This document shows, piece after piece, positions 1 through 13,300 of a stretch of 64,000 bases of DNA. Within the stretch, counting starts at the first letter, position 1. Each line of letters begins with the position of its first letter. The notes beneath the pieces were generated by a model, which made no database searches, had not been told where the DNA came from, and worked only from the letters and a program-made list of their open reading frames with translations. This DNA is from Blastocystis sp. Blastoise (lineage: Eukaryota > Protista > Bigyra: Opalinata), in NCBI GenBank assembly GCA_039096225.1, contig JBBPEB010000030.1, positions 1 through 64,000 of the forward strand, read 5' to 3'. The translations under genes and the position numbers were made by a program.

Positions 1-584
1 TAATATAAAATTAATAAATAAAATAAAATAAATGAATAAATATAATAAATAAATATAATAAATAAATAAATAAATAAATAAACATATAAATAATAAAAAT
101 AATAAATAAAATATAAATATATACCTATAAATTAATCTGGAACCACAGATTAAAAAAAGAAAGACATAAAAAAACGAAAACCACAACACATCAACAACAT
201 TTTCTTCCTATAGAATAAAAATAATTAACAATATATAGAATAAATTATATATAAAGAAAAAATAAATAAAATACACAAATAAAATAATAAGTAAAACAGA
301 TGAATGGACAAATGAAAAAGAAAATATTATAAAAAATATATATATTTATATACCTGACAATAAATAAGCCATGTAGCACAACCAGGACCACTTCAAGAAG
401 CTTCTATCACCACAACCAAGACAAATACAAAAGAATCCTATAGAAAAGTGTATTATTTTCAATAAATAAATAAATCTATATATATAAATATAAAAATAAT
501 AACTAAACAATATCAAATTAATTAATAAAACATATACAGACAATCAATATAATCAAATAATTAAAAAATGTAAAAAACTACAGT

Positions 585-600
585 TTTTGGGTACCCAAAA
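585..600. promoter_or_regulatory. Perfect 16-bp palindrome TTTTGGGTACCCAAAA upstream of the RepHel ATG
   Basis: Identical at 10119-10134 although the surrounding sequence differs between A1 and A2. Lies ~190 bp upstream of ATG 793. Confidence 0.5.
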
Positions 601-792
601 TGTTTTTAACAAAAAATGACCCAATTATCAGTTTAGCAATAAAATTAATAAAAATTCGAGGTTAATTATGATTCATTATATTTTTAAAGATACATATTTT
701 AAATGTTGACCCTATTTTACAAAAATTGAAATCAAAATAAGATTTTGTTTTCTTCATAAAAATACTTATTTTATAATTAGTTATTAAATAAG

Positions 793-3700
793 ATGCCTAA
801 GAAGACTCGGATGTCGTCCAGGCGGAGGTCTGAAAATAGGAAAAGCTATATTTCTCAAAGACGGTCAAGTATGTTTTACCATTCTTTATTATTATTCATA
901 TATAGGTTCTTCTACTCAGATGGATGCAAGCATGGATGTCATTGATGGTGATGGTGCTTATCAATATGGTCTTGAAGGTATATATTTATACATTTCTTTT
1001 TGTTTTATTATTTTATATCATCTTAGGCTCTTCTATGTCCATGGTGTCCTATTCTGATGATGGTGTAAGGTTATCGTGTGGTCTTGAAGGTATGTTGGCA
1101 TTCATTTGTTTTTATTTTTATATTTTATTTTCTATAGGTTCTTCTATTGTTGTGGACTCTGTTGCTGGAGCTATTGATGGTGATGCTAACTCTACTCACG
1201 GTCTTGAAGGTATGTTGTCAATCATTTATTTTATTTTTTTTAATTTTTATTTATCTATAGGTTCTTATACTCATGATGATGTTGTTGCTGATGCTATTGA
1301 TGGTGGTGTTAACTCTACTCATGGTCTTCAAGGTATATAATCATTCATTTATTTATTTATTTTTAATTATTTCTTTTATTTCCTATTTATATTTTATTAT
1401 AGGTTCTTCTGTTGCTGTGAATGTTAGTGCTGATGTTATTCATAAAGAAGGTATATATAATATATTTTCTTTTTCTTCTTTTTGATTTATACTTTTATTT
1501 TATAAATATATATAGGTCCTTCTGTTCTGATAGTGTCTTCTGTTCATGGTACTGTATCTGATGGTGATCATCCTTCTAATGCTAAAGGTATATAGATATA
1601 TCATATATATATATTTATTATTTTTCTTTTAATTCTTTCTTATTTGTTTTTATATAGGTCCTTCAACTCAGTTAGTACATGGTCATTCCTCTATTCCTTC
1701 TTCAGAAGGTATATACATATATATATGTATCTATGTTTATTCTATTTTATGATTCTATATAGGTGTGTCTTTTAATTTGGGATCGTGTGACTCTGATGTT
1801 GGTCTTGATATGGTTACTACTAATATATATAAAGGTATATATATATATATATATATAATATTATTTATTTATTTATACTTATACTATTGTATATATATAT
1901 AAAGGTGATGGTGTTAATAATTCTTCAGTCGTTGATGGTGTCAATGGTTCTTCAATTATTCAAGGTATATTTATACTTATATTATATTCTATACTTATAT
2001 AGGTTCAAATAAAGTTGTTGGTATGTATTATTTATTATTTTAGTTTCTTTTTCTTTTGTTTTATTATTTTTTTTCTTTCACAGATAATAGCTTTCTGTTA
2101 TCTGCTTTCTTTTTATTATCTATTTATATATTTATTTACTAAGCTTAGCTTTAGCTACTTAGTATTTAAATATTTAATAGAATCCTTTCTTTTTTCCTTT
2201 TTGTTTTGTTATTTTTTTTTTATTTTAATTTTACTTTAATCGTGTCGATATATACGGGAAGGTGTCGGATATTAAGATAATTTTTGAATTACTTAATATT
2301 AAATAGTGTTGAGTATTTTAATATTTGTATTTAATTTAATTAATACAACTATTGATTACCTATATGACTCATACTATTGCTGACTATTGTTCGCTTCTAA
2401 CTCTATATAGTCTAACCGATGTAATACTATCAATGATTGAGATATCTAAGTGTTAAGATTCTTCACTTACTCACATTGTATATGATATTAACTGGTAGTT
2501 AGCTATATGTTTATAGAATGTTGTAACAAAGCACAATAGCTATAGATGTCCTCTATGAGGTTGAATCATATAGATTGTTTAATAAATTATACAATACTAA
2601 TTACCTATACTTATTTAATATTAGTTTTCATTAATTATAATATTATCTTTCATTACATTATAGTATTGAAGATAATAATTAATTAATAAAGTTTTTACTT
2701 TATATTATTTAATATATCATACTATATGTATGTATTATTATATTAATAAAGGTTATATACTTTATATTAATAAATATATCATAGTATATCTATTTATTAT
2801 TATATTAATAAAGGTTATATACTTTATATTAATAAATATATCATAGTATAACTATGTATTATTATATTAATAAGAGTTATATACTTTATATTAATAAATA
2901 TATCATAGTATATCTATGTATTATTATATTAATAAAGGTTATATACTTTATATTAATTAATATATATCATACTATACTTATGTATTATATTATATTGATG
3001 AAGGTTATACTTTATATTAATTAATATATATCATATTATATTCTATGTATTATTATATTAATAAAGGTTATACTTTATATTAATTAATATATATCATACT
3101 ATACTTATGACTTATATTATATTAATAAAGGTTATACTTTATATTAATTAATATATCATACTATACTTATGTATCATATTATATTGATGAAGGTTATACT
3201 TTATATTAATTAATATATATCATAGTATATCTATGACTTATATTATATTGATAAAGGTTATACTTTAAATTAATATATATATTATCATACTATATCTATG
3301 TATTATATTATATTAATAAAGGTTATACTTTATATTAATTAATAATTACTTCAGTAACTATAACAATGAAAGTTAATTTATATAATACACAACTAAACTT
3401 TATTCTAAACTTAAACATAATATAATTAATATCTAACTATTAATATATATAGGTTCCAATAAGGATAAAATAAATAATAATGATTTATCTAAATCATTTG
3501 GTTTTAACACTAAACCTTTAGCTTTGTTTTCGACTTTTAATTTTCAAAATAATATTCCTTTACAAAACATTCAAAACAATAATTCAAATAACAATATTGA
3601 TATTGATATAGATAATAGTTATTCACAAATAAATAATAATAATTCTATATTAAATAATGGTTCAAACCTATTCAATCAAATGAATCCAGTTAATCAATCA

Positions 3701-4149
3701 ATTAATAACATATCTATTGTTCAAAGTCAAATTAATAATAATAATTCATCTATTCCTATATCAACTACTATTATACAACCTACAGAAAATAATACTTCTG
3801 TTTCTAATAATAATAATGATTCTATTAATACTTCTTCACACTCTTTATCTGTTGTTACTACTATTCCAACTGATGTAAGTATATCTAACAATAATAATTC
3901 TACAATCATTAATGATAATACGAATCATTCAAGAAATAACACTAATACTAATAATAATGAAACAATAATACATAGAAATAATAGATCTATTAATTCCATT
4001 ATGAATAGTTATTTAACTATTCCTGATTTAAGTCCTATTCTTCCTCCTTTAAGTATTCTAACAAATATTCCTCATATTAATTTAAATAATGATAATGAAT
4101 CAGAAATTATAACAACAATACCTAATAGTAGTAGTAGTAGTTCAAGTGA

Positions 4150-4180
<31 letters not shown>

Positions 4181-4510
4181 TTTTCTGATAATGATTCTGA
4201 TTCTGATTATATTGATCCTTTTCCTAATATTAATAGTAATACTCAAAATAATGATGAAATACCAGTTGTAAGAACTATTAGAAGACCTATAACAGATAAT
4301 AGTATGTTTTTTTATTATTTAAATATATTTATTAAATTTTATTTATAGTTGAAGAAGATATAATTATTCATCCTATTATTAATAGAGGAAGAAGAAGAGC
4401 TTTAGATATTTGTATGCTATTTATTTTTTATAATTCTTTATAAATAATTAAATAATAAATTATTTTTATAGATAATCAACAAAGATTATTATATCCTGGA
4501 TTACATAATT
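793..4510 (+). CDS. Spliced N-terminal extension of RepHel A1 (14 exons: basic exon 1, GSS..GLEG repeat exons, N/S-rich exon 3453-4301)
   Basis: ATG 793 (MPKKTRMSSRRRS...). GT-AG introns join exons 793-868, 906-977, ..., 2003-2020, 3453-4301, 4349-4411 and 4472-4510 in one frame into the RepHel exon. All introns are phase 1. Structure is conserved in A2. Confidence 0.75.
2680..3345. repeat. ~62-bp AT-rich minisatellite, ~11 units, inside the long intron 2021-3452
   Basis: Unit approximately tattaataaaggttatatactttatattaataaatatatcatagtatatctatgtattatta, recurring every 60-66 bp. Confidence 0.9.
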
Positions 4511-4574
4511 GTATTGCTTCTATTCAAAGAAGTATTTATATATATAAATATTTATTTTATATTATTTTATATAG

Positions 4575-7500
4575 ATTCTCATGGTGATTTTGTATTAAAT
4601 GAAGCATTGAATACTTATAAAGCTAATTATTTAGGTGATTTTAATGTTCATTGTGAATATTGTCATGCTAAACATTTTGAATTAGAGAAAGGAATGAATG
4701 ATAAGTTTTATACTTGCTGTGGTAGTGGTAAAGTAGTTCTTCCTGAACTTCCTGATCTTCCTAATACTATTCGTTCTTTATTAAGAAGAGATAATCCAGA
4801 TTCAAGAGAATTTATTAATAATATAATTCGATATAATAATTCTGTTGCTTTAGCTTCTTTAGCTGGAAATAATACTTCTGATGATGATTTAAGAAATTCT
4901 TCTGGACCTTTATTATTTAAATGTGGAGGTAATATATATCATACTTTTAAGAGTGCTTTAGATTTTGATGTGAATGATCCTACAAGACATCCTGTATTCA
5001 ATCAATATTATATGATAGATGGAGATGAAGCTACTCATATGAGAAGTATGAATCGATATTTTTGTGATTTAAAACCAAATATTTTAGAGATATTAGATAG
5101 TACAATAAGAGAATATCATCCATTAGCTCAAATATATAATTCACTTCGAGAAAGAGTAGATGAAGTAATAGAAGAGAATAGTCAAATGAATAGAAGTAAT
5201 ATTAATTTATTAATAGAATTTAAGAAACAAAGAAGAGAAGTACCTGATATAAGAAGATATAATACTCCTCAAGTAGATGAAGTAGCAGTAATATATCAAT
5301 ATAGAGAAGGAGGAGTAATGCCAGAAAGAAGTTATTGTTGTTTTCCTAGAAGTGGTATGGAAATAGTAGCTACTAATAGTAATAATGAACAGAATCGTTA
5401 TACTTCAGGTCAATATATAGTAATGAAGAATACTAATTCATATATAGATTGTATGGTTTATCCAGTTATGTTTCCAACTGGAAGACAAGGTTGGTATCCA
5501 GATTTATTATCATTGAATCGTTCTAATCAAATTACTATTACTATGTTAGAATATTATAATTATATGCTTCAAATGAAAAATCCACCTTATGATAATTATT
5601 TATTAAAATATAAGAAATTAACTTTACAATATATTACTGATAATTATATCCGAGTTGAACAAAATAGAATTAATTATATACGAAATAATCAAAATAAGTT
5701 AAGAGCTTCAACTTATCAGAATATAAATAATATGTTAGAAGAGAGAGGAGATCAAATAAATGAGAATGATAGAAATATAGATAGAATAGGTAAAGCTATT
5801 ATATTACCTTCTTCTTTTGTTGGTAGTCCAAGAAATTTACAACAGAAATATATGGATGCTATGAGTGTAGTTCGAGAATATGGTAAACCTGATTTATTTA
5901 TTACATTTACTTGCAATCCAGATTGGTTAGAAATAAAGAATAATATTCCAGAAGGTTATACTGTTAATGAATTTCCAGATTTAGTTTCAAGAGTGTTTCA
6001 TTTAAAGTTGAAACAATTGCTTTCTGATATAAAGGATAAGAATATATTTGGTACTGTAGAAGCTTTATTATATTCAGTAGAATTCCAAAAGAGAGGTTTA
6101 CCACATTCTCATATATTAATTATTTTAGATACGAATTCTAAATATAGAACAGAAGATGAAGTAGATAGTATAATAAGTGCAGAGATTCCCGATAAAGAAT
6201 CAACTCCTCTTCTTTATGAATTAGTTAAGAAACATATGATTCATGGTCCATGTGGTCCTGATTATGATACGAATTGTGTTTGTATTGATAGATCAACAGG
6301 TAAATGTAGTAAGAGATTTCCAAAAGAATATATAGAGCAAACTAATTGTCATTTAAATTCTTATCCTTTATATCAAAGAAGAAATATTCCTGATAGAACT
6401 ATTACTCTTATTCGTAGTCATAATACTTATACTATTGATAATCGTTGGGTAGTTCCTTATAATCCTTATTTATTATTGAAATATCAAGCTCATATTAATG
6501 TAGAAGTCTGTTGTAATATTCAAAGTACTAAATATATATATAAATATGCATTAAAAGGAAATGATTCTGTGATAGCTCAATTAAGAAGAGTGAATGATAA
6601 TGGAATAGTAGATGAAACTCAAGCTTATTTAGATTGTCGATATGTTTCTCCTCCTGAAGCTTCTTATCGTTTGAATTGTTTTGAAATTACTTATAATTCT
6701 GTTTCTATTAATAGATTACCTATTCATTTACCTGATGATCCATATATATTATTTCGAGAAGGACACGAAGAAGAAGCATTAAGAAATAGTTTAGAGAAAG
6801 GTACTAAATTAACAAAATACTTTGATTTAGAGAAAGAAGTTCAGAATCAAAGAAAGATATATACTTATTATTATATAGAGAAGAAGCATGGTATTCGTAA
6901 TATGAATAATGTAGAAGAAGAAAGAGAATTGATTCAAGTTCGTTTAGAAGAGATAAATAGAATAAATAGTTATGAAGTAGATGATGATAATATATCAGAA
7001 GAATTATTGAAAATATTAGATGAGAAATATCCTATTTATGCTTATCATGAAATACCAAAATATTATGTATGGAAATCGAATACAAATACTTGGAATAGAC
7101 GTCAGAGAGATATAAAAGCTTTAGGAAGAATGTATTATGTGAATCCAAAAGATAAAGAACGATATGCTTTGAGATTATTATTATTGAATACGAAAGGAGC
7201 TGATAGCTTTGATTCTTTGAAGATAGTAAAAGGATTGAATCGTAATGAACCTTATAGAACCTTTAGTGAAGCAGCTATAGCAAGAGGATTATTGAATAAT
7301 GAGAGAGAAGTATTTGATTCATTTTCAGAAGCTATTGTTTTTGCTACTCCATGTCAATTGAGACAATTATTTATTACTTATATTTCAGAATCATTATTAA
7401 CAAATGTAAAAGAGTTTTGGATTCGATTTAAATCATTTCTTAGTGAAGATTATAAACATTCAATGCATAATAATGAAATAGATTATATAAATACTCCTTT

Positions 7501-9187
7501 AGCTCAAGATTTAGATTCATCAAGTGTTATAGAAGATGATACTAATAGTGTTCTTCAAGATTATGAAATACGTACTTTACAAGATATAAAAGAGATGATG
7601 ATAAGTATAGGAGTGAATTATAATGATTTAGGATTACCTCAAGTAGAAGAACAACATCATTATAATGATTATAATTATAATCCTACTTTAGAATTACAAG
7701 AAGCTAATAGAGTAATAGAATTATTAAATGAAGAACAAAGAAATGCATTTGATAGAGTAATTCATTCAATAGAAAGTAGTAGAATAGAAGATAAGTTATG
7801 TTTCTTTATAGATGGTCCAGGTGGAAGTGGAAAGACTTTCTTATATAATAGTTTATTAAGTTATTTACGTGGACATAATAAGAATGTATTACCTGTAGCT
7901 TCAACAGGAATTGCTTCTACTTTATTACCAGGTGGTAGAACAGCTCATAAACAATTTGGTATTCCTTTGAATGTTGATCCTGATTCTACTTCAAATATAG
8001 ATTTAGCTAGAGATAGAAGAAAAGTAGAAGAAATAAGAATAGCTGATTTAATAATATGGGATGAAGCTCCTATGATGAAAGGTGATTGCTTTATGGTAGT
8101 ACATAGATTATTATGTGATATAATGAATACAGAATTAGATATTCCTTTTGGTGGTAAAACAGTAGTATTAGGAGGAGATTTCAGACAATGTTTACCAGTT
8201 ATAAGAAAAGGAACTCAAGCTCAGATTGTTAGTTCTTCTATAAAGTTTTGTTCCTTATGGAATTCGATAAAGAATAATGTCATTCATTTATCAAGAAATA
8301 TGAGAGCTTTAGAAGGAGCAGATGATTTTAGACAATGGTTATTACAAGTAGGAGATGGTGTTCTTTCTAATAATTATACTATTAGTCATCATTTAGATAT
8401 AGATTATATTCCTATTCCTCCTCAATGTATTGTAAATGATGATTTATGTGTTACTGTATTTGGACATAGAATCAATACTTCTCTTGATTCTGATATTAAA
8501 CGATTAGCTTCTTCTGTTATATTAGCTTCTACTAATGATTGTGTTGGTACTTTAAATGATTTCATTGTAGATAATCTTCTTTCTGGAACTACTACTCCTT
8601 ATATCTCTTCTGATTCTATTCTTGATTCTGAAACAGATGATCCAGAATCAAATTATCCTATCGAGTTTATTAATTCTCAAACACCTTCTGGAATGCCTCC
8701 TCATATATTAAATTTAAAAATAGGTTGTATCATTATGCTTTTAAGAAATCTTAATCCTTCTAAAGGATTATGTAATGGTACTAGACTTATAGTTACTCGA
8801 TTAGGATCAAATAATATTACTGCTACTATTTTAAATCCTCCTCCTTCTCTTACTATTGATGAACGTACTGTTATTATTCCAAGAATTATCTGTAATTCAA
8901 ATCCTGAAGATCTTCCTATTATTATATCCAGAAGACAATTTCCTATTCGTTTAGCGTTCGCAATGACTATCAACAAATCTCAAGGACAAACATTTGAAAG
9001 AGTTGGTGTTTATTTAGATCGTCCTGTCTTCTCTCATGGTCAACTCTATGTTGCTTTTAGTCGTGCCCGATCTTTCAACTCTCTTTTTATTAAGGTAGTT
9101 GATAGTGTTTCTCAAGGTAAGATGATTAGTAGTAGTAATGAAATATTTACTAAGAACGTGGTCTTCAGGTCTACTCTAAATAATTAA
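4575..9187 (+). CDS. Helitron RepHel transposase, catalytic exon (Zn finger + HUH-Y2 Rep + PIF1-type SF1 helicase)
   Basis: CEYCHAKHF..CC; Rep motifs DLFITFTCNPDW, VEFQKRGLPHSH, YIYKY; helicase motifs GPGGSGKT, IIWDEAPM, GDFRQCLP, GLCNGTRL, QFPIRLAFAMTINKSQGQT, HGQLYVAFSR. Splice acceptor tatag at 4570-4574. Confidence 0.97.
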
Positions 9188-9381
9188 ATGCTTTATTTTT
9201 TTTTCTCCTCTCTTCTTTTATTTCTTTTGTTTCTTTTGTTTTATTTGTTTTATGTTTGTTAAATATTTGTTCTTTTTAATTTTTTACTTTTTCACTTTTT
9301 ATTTGTTTTTAAAATGTTTATAATAAAAAAAATGGTTTTGTTCTATAAAGTTTAATAAAAAATTTTAAAACCCAACTGAAC

Positions 9382-9434
9382 AACGCAGCCGCGGCGCGTC
9401 GCCGTTAGGCGGTGCGCCAGCGGCGTTACCCTAG
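9382..9434 (+). other. Helitron A 3' terminus: 16-bp GC hairpin followed by CTAG
   Basis: GCCGC GGCGC GTCGCC [GTTA] GGCGGT GCGCC a GCGGC, then GTTACC CTAG, followed by T. Confidence 0.93.
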
Positions 9435-9571
9435 TAAATAAATAAATAAATAAATATAATAAATAAATAAATATAATAAATAAATAAATAAATATAATAA
9501 ATAAATATATATAAATATAATAAATATAATAAATAAATAAATAAATATAATAAATAAATAAATAAATATAA

Positions 9572-9602
<31 letters not shown>

Positions 9603-9650
9603 AAAACATAAATAATAAATAATAAAAATGAAAACAATAAATAAAATATA
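9435..9650. repeat. (TAAA)n/(TAAATATAA)n low-complexity tract
   Basis: Direct reading. Homologous tract at 1-120. Confidence 0.85.
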
Positions 9651-10327
9651 AATATATACCTAATAGAATAATCTGAAACCACAGACTAAGAAGAACGACA
9701 TGAAAAAACGAAGACCACAACACATCAACAACATTTTCTTTCCTATAGAATAAAAATAATTAAAAACAATTTAATAGATGATATAAAAAGACAAAATAAA
9801 TAATATAGATAATAAAATTAAATAATAACAAAAAGTAATTAGTAAAAAATAAACAGATGTTAAGAAATAAATAATATATTTATATACCTGATAATAAGTA
9901 ACCCATTTCACACAACCAGGACCACTTTAAGAACCACTCACCACCACAACCAAGACAAATACAAGAGAATCCTATAAAAAAGTGTATTATTATAAATAAA
10001 TAAATTAATATATACAAATAAATATAAAAATAATAACTAAATAACATCAAATTAATTAATAAAACATACCCAGACAATCAATACAAACAAATATTTAAAA
10101 AATGTAAAAAACTATAGTTTTTGGGTACCCAAAATGTTTTTAATAAAAAATGTCCCTATTATCAGCTTAGCATAAGATAATAATAAAAATTCGAGGTTAT
10201 TTATGATTCCTATTAATTTTTAAATATGCATATTTTAAATATTGTCCCTATTTTACAAAAGTTCAAATATGAATATGTTTTTGTTTTCTACATAAAAATA
10301 CTTATTTTTATTAAATTATTAAATAAG

Positions 10328-13300
10328 ATGCCTAGAAAAGGCAGAATGTCATCAAGGCGGAGGTCCTTGAATCAAAAAAAATACGTTTCTCAAAGACGGT
10401 CCAGTATGTATTGTATTTATTTTTTTTTATTATTCATATATAGGTTCTTCTACTCAACAGGATGCAAGTATGGATGTCATTGATGGTGATGGTGCTTATC
10501 AATATGGTCTTGAAGGTATATATTTATACATTTCTTTTTGTTTTATTATTTTATATTATCTTAGACTCTTCTCTGTCCTTGGTGTCCTTTACTGATGATG
10601 GTATAATGTTTTCAAGTGGTCTTGAAGGTATGTTGTCAATCATTTGTTTTTATTTTTATATTTTTATTTATCTATAGGTTCTTCTGTTGTTGTGGACTCT
10701 GTTGCTGGAGCTATTGATGATGATATACACTCCACTAATGGTCTTGAAGGTATGTTGTCAATCATTTATTTTATTTTTTTTTTATTTTTATTTATCTATA
10801 GGTTCTTATACTCATGATGATGTTGTTGCTGATGCTACTGATGGTGATGCTAACTCTTCTCATGGTCTTCAAGGTATGTAATCATTTATTTATTTATTTA
10901 TTTTTAATTATTTCTTTTATTTCCTATTTATATGTTATTATAGGTTCTTCTGTTGCTATGAATGTTGGTGCTGATCTTAATCATAAAGAAGGTATATATA
11001 ATATATTTTCTTTTTCTTCTTTTTGATTTACTTTTATTTTATAAATATATATAGGTCCTTCTGTTCTGATAGTGTCTTCTGTTCATGGTACTGTATCTGA
11101 TGGTGATCATCCTTCTAATGCTAAAGGTATATAGATATATCATATATATATATTTTTTATTATTCTTTTAATTCTTTCTTATTTGTTTTTATATAGGTCC
11201 TTCAACTCAGTTAGTACATGGTCATTCTTCTATTCCTTCTTCAGAAGGTATATATATATATATATATATATATGTATCTATGTTTATTCTATTTTATGAT
11301 TCTATATAGGTGTGTCTTTTAATTTGGGATCGTGTGACTCTGTTGTTGGTCTTGATATAGTTACTACTAATATATATAAAGGTATATATATATATATATA
11401 ATATTATTTATTTATTTATACTTATACTATTGTATATATATATATAGGTGATGGTGTTAATAATTCTTCAGTCGTTGATGGTGTCAACAATTCTTCAATT
11501 ATTCAATGTATATTTATACTTATATTATATTCTATACTTATATAGGTTCAAATAAAGTTGTGGGTAAGTATTATTTATTATTTTAGTTTCTTTTTCTTTT
11601 GTTTTATTATTTTTTTTCTTTCACAGATAATAGCTTTCTGTTGTCTGCTTTCTTTTTATTATCTATTTATATATTTATTTACTAAGCTTAGCTTTAGCTA
11701 CTTAGTATTTAAATATTTAATAGAATCCTTTCTTTTTTCATTTTTGTTTTGTTATTTTTTTTTTTATTTTAATTTTACTTTAATCGTATCGATTAACGGG
11801 AAGGTGTCGGATATTAAGATAATTTTTGAATTACTTAATATTAAATAGTGTTGAGTATTTTAATATTTGTATTTAATTTAATTAATACAACTATTGATTA
11901 CCTATATGACTCATACTATTGCTGACTATTGTTCGCTTCTAACTCTATATAGTCTAACCGATGTAATACTATCAATGATGAGATATCTAAGTGTTAAGAT
12001 TCTTCACTTACTCACATTGTATATGATATTAACTGGTAGTTAGCTATATGTTTATAGAATGTTGTAACAAAGCACAATAGCTATAGATGTCCTCTATGAG
12101 GTTGAATCATATAGATTGTTTAATAAATTATACAATATTAATTACCTATACTTATTTAATATTAGTTTTCATTAATTATAATATTATCTTTCATTACATT
12201 ATAGTATTGAAGATAATTATTAATTAATAAAGTTTTTACTTTATATTATTTAATATATCATACTATATGTATGTATTATTATATTAATAAAGGTTATATA
12301 CTTTATATTAATAAATATATCATAGTATATCTATGTATTATTATATTAATAAAGGTTATATACTTTATATTAATAAATATATCATAGTATATCTATGTAT
12401 TATTATATTAATAAATGTTATACTTTATATTAATTAATATATCATAGTATATTCTATGTATTATTATATTAATAAAGGTTATATACTTTATATTAATATA
12501 TATAATATCATACTATACTTATGTATTATATTATATTAATAAAGGTTATACTTTATATTAATAAATATATCATAGTATATCTATGTATTATATTATATTA
12601 ATAAGAGTTATATACTTTATATTAATAAATATATCATACTATATCTATGACTTATATTATATTAATAAAGGTTATACTTTATATTAATTAATATATCATA
12701 CTATACTTATGTATCATATTATATTGATGAAGGTTATACTTTATATTAATTAATATATCATACTATACTTATGTATGTATTATTATATTAATAAATGTTA
12801 TACTTTATATTAATATATATATTATCATACTATATCTATGTATTATATTATATTAATAAAGGTTATACTTTATATTAATTAATAAATACTTCAACAACTA
12901 TAACAATGAAAGTTAATTTATATACTACACAACTAAACTTTATTCTAAACTTAAACATAATATATTTAATATCTAATAATTAATATATATAGGTTCCAAT
13001 AAGGATAAAATAAATAATAATGATTTATCTAAATCATTTGGTTTTAACTCAAAACCTTTAGCTTTGTTTTCGACTTTTAATTTTCAAAATAATATTCCTT
13101 TACAAAACATTCAAAACAATAATTCAAATAACAATATTGATATTGATATCGATAATCGTTATTCACAAATAAATAATAATAATTCTATATTAAATAATGG
13201 TTCAAACCTATTCAATCAAATGAATCCAGTTAATCAATCAATTAATAACATATCTATTGTTCAAAGTCAAATTAATAATAATAATCAATCTATTCCTATA

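Larger units (their letters stand above)
1..9434 (+). mobile_element. Helitron family A, copy A1 (autonomous; 5' end not located, probably left of the window)
   Basis: RepHel ORF, GC-rich subterminal hairpin and CTAG|T 3' end at 9431-9434. Colinear with 9435-18961 (offset 9527 at the 3' ends). Confidence 0.93.

Noticed and set aside
2680-3345. CRISPR-like array
   Set aside because: No unique spacers, no cas genes, and an intronic eukaryotic context.
3524-4348. Stand-alone N-rich genes (also 13064, 29228-30106 and 41953-42636)
   Set aside because: Bounded by in-frame splice sites. Better explained as internal RepHel exons.
4514-4574. ORF-track starts of RepHel (4514, 14046, 29096, 41813)
   Set aside because: They lie in AT-rich intron sequence upstream of a tatag acceptor.
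8701-8976. Antisense ORFs within RepHel (also 18239-18514 and 28655-28894)
   Set aside because: Shadow frames of the coding strand.
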